DNA of 24,501 nucleotides from a virus (Duplodnaviria; Heunggongvirae; Uroviricota; Caudoviricetes): IMG/VR virus record IMGVR_UViG_2700989161_000006; one strand, 5' to 3'. Shown piece by piece: positions 1 to 8,758 of this stretch (position 1 is its first letter; each line of letters starts with the position of its first letter). The notes under the pieces were generated by a model. It saw only the letters and a program-made list of their open reading frames with translations, ran no database searches and was not told where the DNA came from. The position numbers and the translations under genes were made by a program.

Positions 1-243
1 AGCTGCATGACAAGGTCATCGGGCATTATCTGAACATAAAACACTATCAGTAAGTTGGAGTCATTACCTGAAAATGTGGTAATTTATTAAATCTGTAATA
101 AAAGCGTAAACAACTGCCGCTACGCTTGCTGATCCCGCGCAACAAAACGCCATGCTTTGCTCGCAGATGGTTGGCAACCGACGACAGTCCTGCTAAAACG
201 TTCGTTTGATATCATTTTTCCTAAAATTGAATGGCAGAGAATC

Positions 244-1347
244 ATGAGTGACAGCCAGACGCTGGTGGTAAAACTCGGCACCAGTGTGCTAACAGGCGGA
301 TCGCGCCGTCTGAACCGTGCCCATATCGTTGAACTTGTTCGCCAGTGCGCGCAGTTACATGCCGCCGGGCATCGGATTGTTATTGTGACGTCGGGCGCGA
401 TCGCCGCCGGACGTGAGCACCTGGGTTACCCGGAACTGCCAGCGACTATCGCCTCGAAACAACTGCTGGCGGCGGTAGGGCAGAGTCGACTGATTCAACT
501 GTGGGAACAGCTGTTTTCGATTTATGGCATTCACGTCGGGCAAATGCTGCTGACCCGTGCTGATATGGAAGACCGTGAACGCTTCCTGAACGCCCGCGAC
601 ACCCTGCGTGCGTTGCTCGATAACAATATCGTTCCGGTAATCAATGAGAACGATGCTGTCGCTACGGCAGAGATTAAGGTCGGCGATAACGATAACCTTT
701 CTGCGCTGGCGGCGATTCTGGCGGGTGCCGATAAACTGTTGCTGCTGACCGATCAAAAAGGTTTGTATACCGCTGATCCGCGCAGAAATCCGCAGGCAGA
801 ACTGATTAAAGATGTTTACGGCATTGATGACGCACTGCGCGCGATTGCCGGTGACAGCGTTTCAGGCCTCGGAACTGGCGGCATGAGTACTAAATTGCAG
901 GCCGCTGACGTGGCTTGCCGTGCGGGTATCGACACCATTATTGCCGCGGGCAGCAAGCCGGGCGTTATTGGTGATGTGATGGAAGGCATTTCCGTCGGTA
1001 CGCTGTTCCATGCCCAGGCGACTCCGCTTGAAAACCGTAAACGCTGGATTTTCGGTGCGCCGCCGGCGGGTGAAATCACGGTAGATGAAGGGGCAACTGC
1101 CGCCATTCTGGAACGCGGCAGCTCCCTGTTGCCGAAAGGCATTAAAAGCGTGACTGGCAATTTCTCGCGTGGTGAAGTCATCCGCATTTGCAACCTCGAA
1201 GGTCGCGATATCGCCCACGGTGTCAGTCGTTACAACAGCGATGCATTACGCCGTATTGCCGGACACCACTCGCAAGAAATTGATGCAATACTGGGATATG
1301 AATACGGCCCGGTTGCCGTTCACCGTGATGACATGATTACCCGTTAA
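244..1347 (+). CDS. proB: Glutamate 5-kinase
   Basis: ORF track 157..1347; first ATG with plausible context at 244 ([16 protein letters not shown]...); amino-acid kinase family pattern and PUA-like C-terminus; followed directly by proA as in the enterobacterial proBA operon. Confidence 0.95.
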   Translation: MSDSQTLVVKLGTSVLTGGSRRLNRAHIVELVRQCAQLHAAGHRIVIVTSGAIAAGREHLGYPELPATIASKQLLAAVGQSRLIQLWEQLFSIYGIHVGQMLLTRADMEDRERFLNARDTLRALLDNNIVPVINENDAVATAEIKVGDNDNLSALAAILAGADKLLLLTDQKGLYTADPRRNPQAELIKDVYGIDDALRAIAGDSVSGLGTGGMSTKLQAADVACRAGIDTIIAAGSKPGVIGDVMEGISVGTLFHAQATPLENRKRWIFGAPPAGEITVDEGATAAILERGSSLLPKGIKSVTGNFSRGEVIRICNLEGRDIAHGVSRYNSDALRRIAGHHSQEIDAILGYEYGPVAVHRDDMITR

Positions 1348-1358
1348 GGAGCTGGCCG

Positions 1359-2612
1359 ATGCTGGAACAAATGGGCATTGCCGCGAAGCAAGCCTCGTAT
1401 AAATTAGCGCAACTCTCCAGCCGCGAAAAAAATCGCGTGCTGGAAAAAATCGCCGATGAACTGGAAGCACAAAGCGAAATCATCCTCAACGCTAACGCCC
1501 AGGATGTTGCTGACGCGCGAGCCAATGGCCTTAGCGAAGCGATGCTTGACCGTCTGGCACTGACGCCCGCACGGCTGAAAGGCATTGCCGACGATGTACG
1601 TCAGGTGTGCAACCTCGCCGATCCGGTGGGGCAGGTAATCGATGGCGGCGTACTGGACAGCGGCCTGCGTCTTGAGCGTCGTCGCGTACCGCTGGGGGTT
1701 ATTGGCGTGATTTATGAAGCGCGCCCGAACGTGACGGTTGATGTCGCTTCGCTGTGCCTGAAAACCGGTAATGCGGTGATCCTGCGTGGTGGTAAAGAAA
1801 CCTGTCGCACTAACGCGGCAACGGTGGCGGTGATTCAGGACGCCCTGAAATCCTGTGGCTTACCGGCGGGTGCCGTGCAGGCGATTGATAATCCTGACCG
1901 TGCGCTGGTCAGTGAAATGCTGCGTATGGATAAATACATCGACATGCTGATCCCGCGTGGTGGCGCTGGTTTGCATAAACTGTGCCGTGAACAGTCGACA
2001 ATCCCGGTGATCACAGGTGGTATAGGCGTATGCCATATTTACGTTGATGAAAGTGCAGAGATCGCTGAAGCATTAAAAGTGATCGTCAACGCGAAAACTC
2101 AGCGTCCGAGCACATGTAATACGGTTGAAACGTTGCTGGTGAATAAAAACATCGCCGATAGCTTCCTGCCCGCATTAAGCAAACAAATGGCGGAAAGCGG
2201 CGTGACATTACACGCAGATGCAGCTGCGCTGACACAGTTGCAGGCAGGCCCTGCGAAGGTGGTGGCGGTTAAAGCCGAAGAGTATGACGATGAGTTTCTG
2301 TCATTAGATTTGAACGTCAAAATCGTCAGCGATCTTGACGATGCCATCGCCCATATTCGTGAACACGGCACACAACACTCCGATGCGATCCTGACCCGCG
2401 ATATGCGCAACGCCCAGCGTTTTGTTAACGAAGTGGATTCGTCCGCTGTTTACGTTAACGCCTCTACGCGTTTTACCGACGGCGGCCAGTTTGGTCTGGG
2501 TGCGGAAGTGGCGGTAAGCACACAAAAACTCCACGCGCGTGGCCCAATGGGGCTGGAAGCACTGACCACTTACAAGTGGATCGGCATTGGTGATTACACC
2601 ATTCGTGCGTAA
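1359..2612 (+). CDS. proA: Gamma-glutamyl phosphate reductase
   Basis: 417-aa ORF starting 12 nt after proB stop with RBS aaggag; aldehyde dehydrogenase-like sequence typical of ProA. Confidence 0.95.
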   Translation: MLEQMGIAAKQASYKLAQLSSREKNRVLEKIADELEAQSEIILNANAQDVADARANGLSEAMLDRLALTPARLKGIADDVRQVCNLADPVGQVIDGGVLDSGLRLERRRVPLGVIGVIYEARPNVTVDVASLCLKTGNAVILRGGKETCRTNAATVAVIQDALKSCGLPAGAVQAIDNPDRALVSEMLRMDKYIDMLIPRGGAGLHKLCREQSTIPVITGGIGVCHIYVDESAEIAEALKVIVNAKTQRPSTCNTVETLLVNKNIADSFLPALSKQMAESGVTLHADAAALTQLQAGPAKVVAVKAEEYDDEFLSLDLNVKIVSDLDDAIAHIREHGTQHSDAILTRDMRNAQRFVNEVDSSAVYVNASTRFTDGGQFGLGAEVAVSTQKLHARGPMGLEALTTYKWIGIGDYTIRA

Positions 2613-2618
2613 ATAAAA

Positions 2619-2680
2619 CCGGGTGATGCAAAAGTAGCCATTTGATTCACAAGGCCATTGACGCATCGCCCGGTTAGTTT
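2619..2680 (+). terminator. Putative proBA terminator: long imperfect hairpin with U-rich tail
   Basis: ccgggtgatgc (2619-2629) pairs with gcatcgcccgg (2663-2673), one G-U; followed by ttagtttt. Loop is long (33 nt), so weak call. Confidence 0.3.
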
Positions 2681-2726
2681 TAACCTTGTCCACCGTGATT
2701 CACGTTCGTGAACATGTCCTTTCAGG

Positions 2727-2802
2727 GCCGATATAGCTCAGTTGGTAGAGCAGCGCATTCGTAATGCGAAGGTCGTAGGTTCGACTCCTATTATCGGCAC
2801 CA
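2727..2802 (+). tRNA. thrW: tRNA-Thr, anticodon CGT
   Basis: 76-nt cloverleaf GCCGATATAGCTCAGTTGGTAGAGCAGCGCATTCGTAATGCGAAGGTCGTAGGTTCGACTCCTATTATCGGCACCA; 7-bp acceptor stem, GGTTCGA T-loop, encoded CCA. Position after proA matches thrW. Confidence 0.95.
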
Positions 2803-2816
2803 TTTAAATCAATAAG

Positions 2817-3977
2817 TTACCTCGCATTTAAGTAAACCACGTTCTCCTCTTGTGCCGTATTTGTGCCATTGCGACTTATAATCGCATCGATTTTGCTTGC
2901 GTGCTCGGTGAGATGCCCGGCTGAAAGGTGGGCGTATCTTTGAACCATTTCGAGAGTTTCCCATCCTCCCATCTCTTTAAGTGCAAGAAGAGAGACACCG
3001 GACTGAACCAGCCAGCTTGCCCAGGTATGCCTCAGATCATGGAAGCGGAAGTTGCTAATGCCTGCCCGCTTTAACGCTCCCTTCCATGCCTTGTTGCTGT
3101 CGGTTCTCATCTTCCTTACCGCTGCTGTTTTTGTTCCGTCGCTTCGGTAGGCAGGTTTGGTGTGGACAAATACCCATCTCTTATGGAGCCCCTGCTGTTT
3201 TCTTAATATCTGGCATGCGGTTTCGTTAAGAGGAACTCCGATCGCATTGCCAGCTTTTGTTTCATCAGGGTGCATCCATGCCATTTTCTTATCCAGATCG
3301 ACCTGTGACCACTCAAGGTCTGTAACGTTGGAACGGCGAAGGCCTGTCGTGATTGCAAACATGACCACAGGGAAGAAGTGAGGAGCAATTTCTGCAAACA
3401 GGCGCTTCGATTCCTCCTCTGTAAGCCATCTGATGCGTCCATTCTTAACGCGTGGTGTTGATATTTTGGGTGCCCTGTCAAGCCATCCCCATTCAACAGC
3501 CATATTGAGAATGGCGCGAAGTATTGCCAGATGCCTCGTCTTCGTTCCTTTGCTTGCAAGCTTTGGTTTATACTCCGGCACCGGATTGCCAAGTCGCAAA
3601 CACCTGTCCCGGCTCATCTCCCAGTTCAGGCGATGGCGGCGGTTTTCCATCCCGTCTACCGCCTCCATTATTTTTTCTGTTGTTATGTCAGAGAGAATGG
3701 CTTCTCTGAAGTGCAACATCCAGAACGATATAATGCTCTTGTCATCATCAATGGACTTCTTATCCGATTTCTCACGCAGCCACCGTATGCAGGCTTCCTT
3801 GAATAGCTTTTTCGGTGATTCCCCGAGATTTTTTACTCTCCACGCTTCTGCTTTCAGACGATCGTGAAGTTCTTGCGCTTGCCTTTTGTCCGATGTTTCA
3901 AGAGAGCGTCTAACTCTTGATCCATCTGGCGCGACGAAATCGCAGTGCCACGTGCCACCGCGTAGTTTGATTGACAT
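2817..3977 (-). CDS. int: Phage tyrosine integrase (P22-like, tRNA-targeting)
   Basis: 386-aa ORF ending 15 nt from the tRNA 3' end; ATG at 3977 preceded by AGGAGG; C-terminal catalytic-type motifs (HDLRHTWAS...RYAHL); adjacent to a tRNA as expected for attL. Confidence 0.9.
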   Translation of the reverse strand: MSIKLRGGTWHCDFVAPDGSRVRRSLETSDKRQAQELHDRLKAEAWRVKNLGESPKKLFKEACIRWLREKSDKKSIDDDKSIISFWMLHFREAILSDITTEKIMEAVDGMENRRHRLNWEMSRDRCLRLGNPVPEYKPKLASKGTKTRHLAILRAILNMAVEWGWLDRAPKISTPRVKNGRIRWLTEEESKRLFAEIAPHFFPVVMFAITTGLRRSNVTDLEWSQVDLDKKMAWMHPDETKAGNAIGVPLNETACQILRKQQGLHKRWVFVHTKPAYRSDGTKTAAVRKMRTDSNKAWKGALKRAGISNFRFHDLRHTWASWLVQSGVSLLALKEMGGWETLEMVQRYAHLSAGHLTEHASKIDAIISRNGTNTAQEENVVYLNAR

Positions 3978-4201
3978 GCTTTAACCTCCTGCACATCAAC
4001 CGCATTCACCGCGCTATTGTGTCTCACAGACTTAAGCGCCGCAATGCAGTCTGACTTGCAAATGCGATATGGGCTTTTAGGTTTATCTGGATTTATCTTT
4101 GCGGCCTGAAGTCGTCCACTTCGTATCCACTGCGTGATAGTGCCTTTGTCTACCTTCAGATACGACGCTGCCTCTTCACGAGTGAAGATTTCTTCTTCCA
4201 C
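3854..4201 (-). CDS. xis: Excisionase-like DNA-binding protein (GTG start, overlaps int 5' end)
   Basis: 115-aa ORF directly upstream of int, GTG start with GGAG 7 nt upstream; basic helix-turn-helix-like N-terminus; overlaps int start by ~124 nt in another frame. Size matches P22 Xis (~116 aa, from memory). Confidence 0.55.
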   Translation of the reverse strand: MEEEIFTREEAASYLKVDKGTITQWIRSGRLQAAKINPDKPKSPYRICKSDCIAALKSVRHNSAVNAVDVQEVKACQSNYAVARGTAISSRQMDQELDALLKHRTKGKRKNFTIV

Positions 4202-4291
4202 CTGGAATCTCCATTTATTGGATTGGTATTATTGCGGTAGGTCTGGATATCATTGAGCAATGAACAGGCCTCATCGAGTATGAGGCTGTGG

Positions 4292-4636
4292 TTAGTCCTT
4301 GCGTAACTCGCTAATTCTTCTGTAAGTCTCTGGTGCTTTGTTTCCGTGTATCTTCATTTCAGACTTCAACAGATCAACGAGGGAATCCCATTCGTTGAGG
4401 ATGCCTTTGAATGCCGGAACGCGCTTTGCAACCTTGTCGAATGAATCTCTGATTTCTGGGATCTGCTCAACAAGTGCAACGCATCGTCTGAAATCGGCTG
4501 CGTCATGTGGAGCGCCGAAGTGATGACCATAGATATTCTTTTTCAGTCCACATGCGATTGAGGCAAGAGTTGCGCTACTGATGCCGACATCGCCAGTCGA
4601 TTGCCATTTCAAAACCTTCATAGCCAAATCTGACAT
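4292..4636 (-). CDS. Hypothetical phage early-left protein (114 aa)
   Basis: ORF track 4292..4663; ATG at 4636 preceded by GGAG (MSDLAMKVLKWQ...). No family recognised. Confidence 0.5.
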   Translation of the reverse strand: MSDLAMKVLKWQSTGDVGISSATLASIACGLKKNIYGHHFGAPHDAADFRRCVALVEQIPEIRDSFDKVAKRVPAFKGILNEWDSLVDLLKSEMKIHGNKAPETYRRISELRKD

Positions 4637-4650
4637 TTCTTGTCTCCAAT

Positions 4651-4670
4651 AAAAAACCGCCATCAGGCGG
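4651..4670 (-). terminator. Short intergenic hairpin plus U6 (possible attenuator) between two co-directional genes
   Basis: On minus strand ccgcc-ugau-ggcgg followed by UUUUUU; the stop codon of the upstream gene lies in the loop; RBS and ATG of the next gene follow immediately. Confidence 0.3.
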
Positions 4671-4830
4671 CTTGGTGTTCTTTCAGTTCTTCAATTCGAA
4701 TATTGGTTACGTCTGCATGTGCTATCTGCGCCCACAGCATCCAGTGGTCATAGCAGTCGCTGATGTTCTCGGCTTCGATAACTCTGTTGAATGGTTCTCC
4801 ATTCCATTCACCTGTAACTCGGAAGTGCAT
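4663..4830 (-). CDS. Hypothetical small protein (55 aa), not in ORF track
   Basis: ATG at 4830 with GGAG 7 nt upstream; translation MHFRVTGEWNGEPFNRVIEAENISDCYDHWMLWAQIAHADVTNIRIEELKEHQAA; fills the gap between flanking genes. Confidence 0.4.
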   Translation of the reverse strand: MHFRVTGEWNGEPFNRVIEAENISDCYDHWMLWAQIAHADVTNIRIEELKEHQAA

Positions 4831-4918
4831 TTATCATCTCCATAAAACAAAACCCTCCGTAGCGAGTTCAGATAAAAGAAATCCCCGCGAATGCGAGGAT
4901 TGTTATGTAATATTTGGT

Positions 4919-5200
4919 TTAATCATCTATATGTTTTGTACAGAGAGGGCAAGTATCGTTTCCACCGTACTCATGATAATAATTTTGCACGGTATCAGTC
5001 ATTTCTCGCACATTGCAGAATGGGGATTTGTCTTCATTAGACTTATAAACCTTCATGGAATATTTGTATGCCGACTCTATATCTATACCTTCATCTACAT
5101 AAACACCTTCGTGATGTCTGCATGGAGACAAGACACCGGATCTGCACAACATTGATAACGCCCAATCTTTTTGCTCAGACTCTAACTCATTGATACTCAT
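4919..5200 (-). CDS. Hypothetical Cys-rich small protein (93 aa), AT-rich
   Basis: ATG at 5200 preceded by AAGGAG; several Cys pairs including CPLC near the C-terminus; visibly AT-rich versus neighbours. Confidence 0.5.
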   Translation of the reverse strand: MSINELESEQKDWALSMLCRSGVLSPCRHHEGVYVDEGIDIESAYKYSMKVYKSNEDKSPFCNVREMTDTVQNYYHEYGGNDTCPLCTKHIDD

Positions 5201-5402
5201 TTATAAACTCCTTGCAATGTATGTCGTTTCAGCTAAACGGTATCAGCAATGTTTATGTAAAGAAACAGTAAGATAATACTCAACCCGATGTTTGAGTACG
5301 GTCATCATCTGACACTACAGACTCTGGCATCGCTGTGAAGACGACGCGAAATTCAGCATTTTCACAAGCGTTATCTTTTACAAACCCGTATTCCTGCTCA
5401 TC

Positions 5403-6299
5403 TCACTCTCCTTTGATGCGAATGCCAGCAAGCCAGTTTCTTATGCCGATATATTCAGCGTTCCTGAAACCGCCATTTACATATATAAATGGCAAGCGAA
5501 GATTGTGACCATTGGCTGCCAGGTAGTCTTTACAACCCTGTTCGGTGAAACAGCAGGTAACGAATTCATCAATATCTTTCACAGCAACGCGCCGCCATTT
5601 TTCTGGTGGCTCTCGAAAGTTTTCGTGAAGTAGTTCGAGACGACGACTTTGGCGTTTATTGGCTTCATTGCCATCTTCATCAACCCAGACAATCCGGTCA
5701 TAGTCATAATCAGCATCAACAACGATTTCGCGCTTTTGATACACACAAAACATAGGGTCTGACGTTATTCGATTATCCTGTGTTCGAATATTTTCACCGA
5801 TGATGCCAAACGAATCTGGTGCAGATTTTGTCTGCAACTCTTCGATACGTTCAGCCATCGCAGCACACTCTTCAAAGTTGCTTAATGCTTTTCGCTCCCA
5901 TTCGGCGCATTGTTTTCCAAGCTCTGCAATCAGCTTGTCTTTGCCTTCCAGCTCAACACGCAGCTTCCCTACCGTTAACGCAATCTCCTCGTTCTCCTGG
6001 TCACGGCGTTTGATGTATTGCTGGTTTCTTTCCAGCTCATCCAGCAGCGCCAAGACGGTAGCTGGATTGGCTGCGGCGATGAATTCAGCATTGGCCTGCT
6101 GTTCTATTTGGAAATCTTCATCGAAACCGCTTTCAGGATGCGCTCCTTCAATTCTGCAAATGGGAAGATATCCAACAACGTCACGATGAATTAGCGCATC
6201 ATCACCATCAAATTGGCCCTCTCCATATTCGAGCGACCACTCACCACACGTTGCTTTTTCTGCCGCCTCACGCAGTGCCTGATAGTCAATCTTGCTCAC
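5403..6299 (-). CDS. Ead/Ea22-like prophage protein (GTG start, coupled to upstream gene)
   Basis: 298-aa ORF; N-terminus [21 protein letters not shown] resembles Ead/Ea22-like prophage proteins (from memory); coiled-coil-rich middle; start overlaps upstream stop (GTGA). Confidence 0.5.
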   Translation of the reverse strand: MSKIDYQALREAAEKATCGEWSLEYGEGQFDGDDALIHRDVVGYLPICRIEGAHPESGFDEDFQIEQQANAEFIAAANPATVLALLDELERNQQYIKRRDQENEEIALTVGKLRVELEGKDKLIAELGKQCAEWERKALSNFEECAAMAERIEELQTKSAPDSFGIIGENIRTQDNRITSDPMFCVYQKREIVVDADYDYDRIVWVDEDGNEANKRQSRRLELLHENFREPPEKWRRVAVKDIDEFVTCCFTEQGCKDYLAANGHNLRLPFIYVNGGFRNAEYIGIRNWLAGIRIKGE

Positions 6300-6778
6300 T
6301 GGTTGCCTCCTTTGCGAAGCTGGTCGGCGAACAAACGTACACTAGATGCTTCACTGCGTAGAAACTTAACGGCATAATCAAAACCACCTCGTTCTGCGTC
6401 GTCTGCTCCGTTGTCGAGGTTATCTGCGTACATCTCTACCCCCTGCGCCCGTACTTCAGCCAGGAAAGCATCGGTGGCTGGAGTTTCAGTAACATCATCT
6501 TCCCATTCGCTAAACTCCTCACGACAAAAGTCATTAAATTCCTTCTCAGATTGCTTAAGTGAGGTATTTTCAGCAGCCATCTTCGCGCATTTAGCCTCAA
6601 GGTTATCAATCGTGATTCCAGCAGAACGACACTCCCGCAACGCCGTTTCTAGTTTTGATTCAAGTTCACCGAACTTACGCACAAGATATTCAGCGTTTGT
6701 TTCGTTAACCTTTAAATCTCGTGGGATGCATTTACCTTTCAGAAAACCATCCATCTCAATTAGTGTCATTTGTTTCAT
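6296..6778 (-). CDS. Hypothetical acidic coiled-coil protein (160 aa)
   Basis: ORF with ATG at 6778; overlaps neighbours by 4 nt at both ends (ATGA/GTGA coupling). Confidence 0.5.
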   Translation of the reverse strand: MKQMTLIEMDGFLKGKCIPRDLKVNETNAEYLVRKFGELESKLETALRECRSAGITIDNLEAKCAKMAAENTSLKQSEKEFNDFCREEFSEWEDDVTETPATDAFLAEVRAQGVEMYADNLDNGADDAERGGFDYAVKFLRSEASSVRLFADQLRKGGNQ

Positions 6779-6939
6779 TTCTTCCCACTCCGCAACATCG
6801 CATTCAGATACTTGTTTTGATTCACTGATGGAAAAGAATTTCTCTTAAGCAATTCCTCTCTCGATGGCATTGGCTTTACGCGTTGGCGAATAATCATTTC
6901 TGCCGGAAGAATGCCGGGGTTGTATGCAAGTCCTCTCAT
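6775..6939 (-). CDS. Hypothetical small protein (54 aa)
   Basis: ORF track 6775..7089 is over-extended; ATG at 6939 has GAGG upstream and starts 8 nt after the upstream stop ([15 protein letters not shown]...). Confidence 0.3.
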   Translation of the reverse strand: MRGLAYNPGILPAEMIIRQRVKPMPSREELLKRNSFPSVNQNKYLNAMLRSGKK

Positions 6940-6949
6940 GGTAAATTCC

Positions 6950-7243
6950 TCAGTCATTACTGATAGCGCCATAGCGTGAGCGGTAATTACGCAGGCGCGG
7001 GTCAATTTCAGGGAAGTGGGTATATGTGGCTTTGCGGAATGGTCGGATTGATGTCTGGTAAATTCGCTCGCGTTCTTCTTTCTCTGCAAGCCATATACAG
7101 TGGCGAAATTCCTTTTCCTCTTTCGTTTCCTGCGGTAGCGACATTATCCGATCGTAGTTTTTTCTGAATTTATCCAGCACCTCCGATACGGAATTGCCGG
7201 AACAGCGGCGCGGGGCATCCGCACCATACAGAGGCGCTGGCAT
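6950..7243 (-). CDS. Hypothetical 97-aa protein in the position of P22 abc2 (anti-RecBCD)
   Basis: ATG at 7243 with AAGGA RBS; immediately downstream of ssb/erf in the leftward operon. Abc2 assignment is positional inference only. Confidence 0.45.
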   Translation of the reverse strand: MPAPLYGADAPRRCSGNSVSEVLDKFRKNYDRIMSLPQETKEEKEFRHCIWLAEKEERERIYQTSIRPFRKATYTHFPEIDPRLRNYRSRYGAISND

Positions 7244-7266
7244 AATGGAATCCTTATGTTGCTACT

Positions 7267-7650
7267 TTAGAAGGGAATTGAATCGTCGTATTCAGGATGA
7301 TTTTGATGATTGCTACTTTGCTGCTGTTGGCTGTTTCCTGAGGTTGCAAATCCAATCTTTGCATTCAGTAATTCAAGAGTGATTGATTGACCATTTTGCC
7401 CCTGATAAACATCAACCCTGATGTTTTCTCCGGTAATTTCTACAATGCCACCTTCAACAAGAACACTACGGTAGTAATCCGCTTGCGCTCCCGGCTTGGC
7501 AAATACAACGGCGCTGTAGTTTGTCCATTCTTTCTTTTTTGTCTGGCGATCGTAATACTGAACGCCAGCACGGATGTTGAATCCGATATTTTCCCCGGCC
7601 TGAAACTCTCTTGCGGGCTTGTTTAGTCTTACAGTAATCGAATGTGCCAT
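7267..7650 (-). CDS. ssb: Phage single-stranded DNA-binding protein (SSB-like)
   Basis: ATG at 7650 overlaps erf stop (TAATG); Gln/Ser-rich linker and acidic C-terminal tail ending DDSIPF, like the SSB tail DDDIPF. Confidence 0.65.
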   Translation of the reverse strand: MAHSITVRLNKPAREFQAGENIGFNIRAGVQYYDRQTKKKEWTNYSAVVFAKPGAQADYYRSVLVEGGIVEITGENIRVDVYQGQNGQSITLELLNAKIGFATSGNSQQQQSSNHQNHPEYDDSIPF

Positions 7651-8255
7651 TAAGCAGCCGCTCCTTCTAATTCGTCTCGTCTGATGTTGTAAACGTCCTG
7701 CGCTTTGTGCTGCTCCGGTGTGCCTTCGAGCATCTTCCACGCTTTGGCGAACGCCTGTTTAAGCTCTTCCACGGTGTTTTTCTGCAATGCTGCGTCAGTG
7801 AATGCTTTTAGAACCTGTTCAGGTGTAGGTGATGGTTTTGATTGCTTTGCTGCTGCGTTCTGCTGATGTTTATGCTCGTCGGTATCTGCATCTTTCGCAT
7901 CATCAATGCCGAACAAACCATTGAGGCAATACTTGCGTGCATAAGAGCTTGTAGCTCCCGTAACTTGTGCAGAATCCATTCCTTTCTTGCTTTCTTCCTC
8001 TCGTGCAAGAGCGGTTGCTGTATGACTGTTTTCGCCATCAGTAATAGTTGCCGTTGCTTTCACGTAATACCGATCACCAATCAACACAACTTCATCGCTG
8101 ATTGATAAAAACAGGCCATTCAGTAACGGCTTAACGCCTTCAAGAATGTCTTCGCAGCTTCTGTATTTATATTTACCGAATGAGTTGTACTGATTCTTTG
8201 GCGCGTTCAGATTCTCCTGAATGGCTGCCAGCCTTGCATAAAATTCTTTGCTCAT
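7650..8255 (-). CDS. erf: Erf-family single-strand annealing recombinase
   Basis: ORF track 7650..8285 uses a TTG; first ATG at 8255 gives MSKEFYARLAAIQENLNAPKNQYNSFGKYKYRS..., which matches my memory of P22 Erf. Confidence 0.7.
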   Translation of the reverse strand: MSKEFYARLAAIQENLNAPKNQYNSFGKYKYRSCEDILEGVKPLLNGLFLSISDEVVLIGDRYYVKATATITDGENSHTATALAREEESKKGMDSAQVTGATSSYARKYCLNGLFGIDDAKDADTDEHKHQQNAAAKQSKPSPTPEQVLKAFTDAALQKNTVEELKQAFAKAWKMLEGTPEQHKAQDVYNIRRDELEGAAA

Positions 8256-8356
8256 ATGTTTGATCTCAGAATGGACACGGCCCAAGAAAATAACGCTGAT
8301 TTAATACTTCGACTCGGGACAAATTAAGGCATACCCGCATTCCTTCGCGGTCGCCA

Positions 8357-8515
8357 TTATGGCGATACCAGAGAGCTTTCTGCGTGTACATGCGTCTCTG
8401 TAACCTGCTCTCCTTCACTGTGGTTGCAAGTGACATGAATATCTCCTTCGTTACCGATTAATTCTTTCATATGACGAATGAATTCTTCGTCTGACCAGTT
8501 ATCTGTAAAACTCAT
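8357..8515 (-). CDS. Hypothetical small protein (52 aa) in the kil position, coupled to cIII
   Basis: ATG at 8515 overlaps the cIII-like stop (ATGA); MSFTDNWSDEEFIRHMKELIGNEGDIHVTCNHSEGEQVTETHVHAESSLVSP. Confidence 0.35.
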   Translation of the reverse strand: MSFTDNWSDEEFIRHMKELIGNEGDIHVTCNHSEGEQVTETHVHAESSLVSP

Positions 8516-8682
8516 GGACGGCCTTGTTGTTTCAAAATATCCCAAAGCTTTTCGAGCAAACTTTTCATTCTTGGTTGTTTAAAGTCTGCTCCGGTTAAAA
8601 TGTTTTTTCGTGAATGCTGTACCGATAAAATCGGGTTGAAAGGGCGAACCGATGCCGCCCCTGCAATAGCGAACTGTTGCAT
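8512..8682 (-). CDS. cIII: CIII-like protein (56 aa), not in ORF track
   Basis: ATG at 8682 with AAGGAG 6 nt upstream; MQQFAIAG... start and ...LWDILKQQGRP end resemble lambda CIII (MQYAIAG... / ...LIDILNQPGVP, from memory); expected position between erf and N. Confidence 0.5.
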   Translation of the reverse strand: MQQFAIAGAASVRPFNPILSVQHSRKNILTGADFKQPRMKSLLEKLWDILKQQGRP

Positions 8683-8758
8683 AGGATGCTCCTTCTGTTT
8701 TATTGCATAACGAAAAACGCCTCGAGTGAAGCGTTATTGGTATGCGGTAACGCAGCGC

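Noticed and set aside
355-1585. Several long antisense ORFs inside proB and the proB-proA junction (355..756, 816..1193, 862..1218, 1246..1470, 1337..1585, minus strand)
   Set aside because: They lie entirely opposite the well-supported proB/proA frames, have no RBS, and have the composition expected of chance ORFs in GC-rich coding DNA.
3157-3867. Plus-strand ORFs antisense to the integrase (3157..3381, 3433..3867, 3524..3709, 3531..3806)
   Set aside because: Embedded in the int coding region on the opposite strand with low-complexity translations; int is strongly supported, so these are treated as spurious.
4240-4290. 7-bp inverted repeat gcctcat-cgagt-atgaggc between xis and the first early-left gene
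   Set aside because: No adjacent U-run on either strand, so not a terminator; could be a binding site but a single short hairpin is too weak to call.
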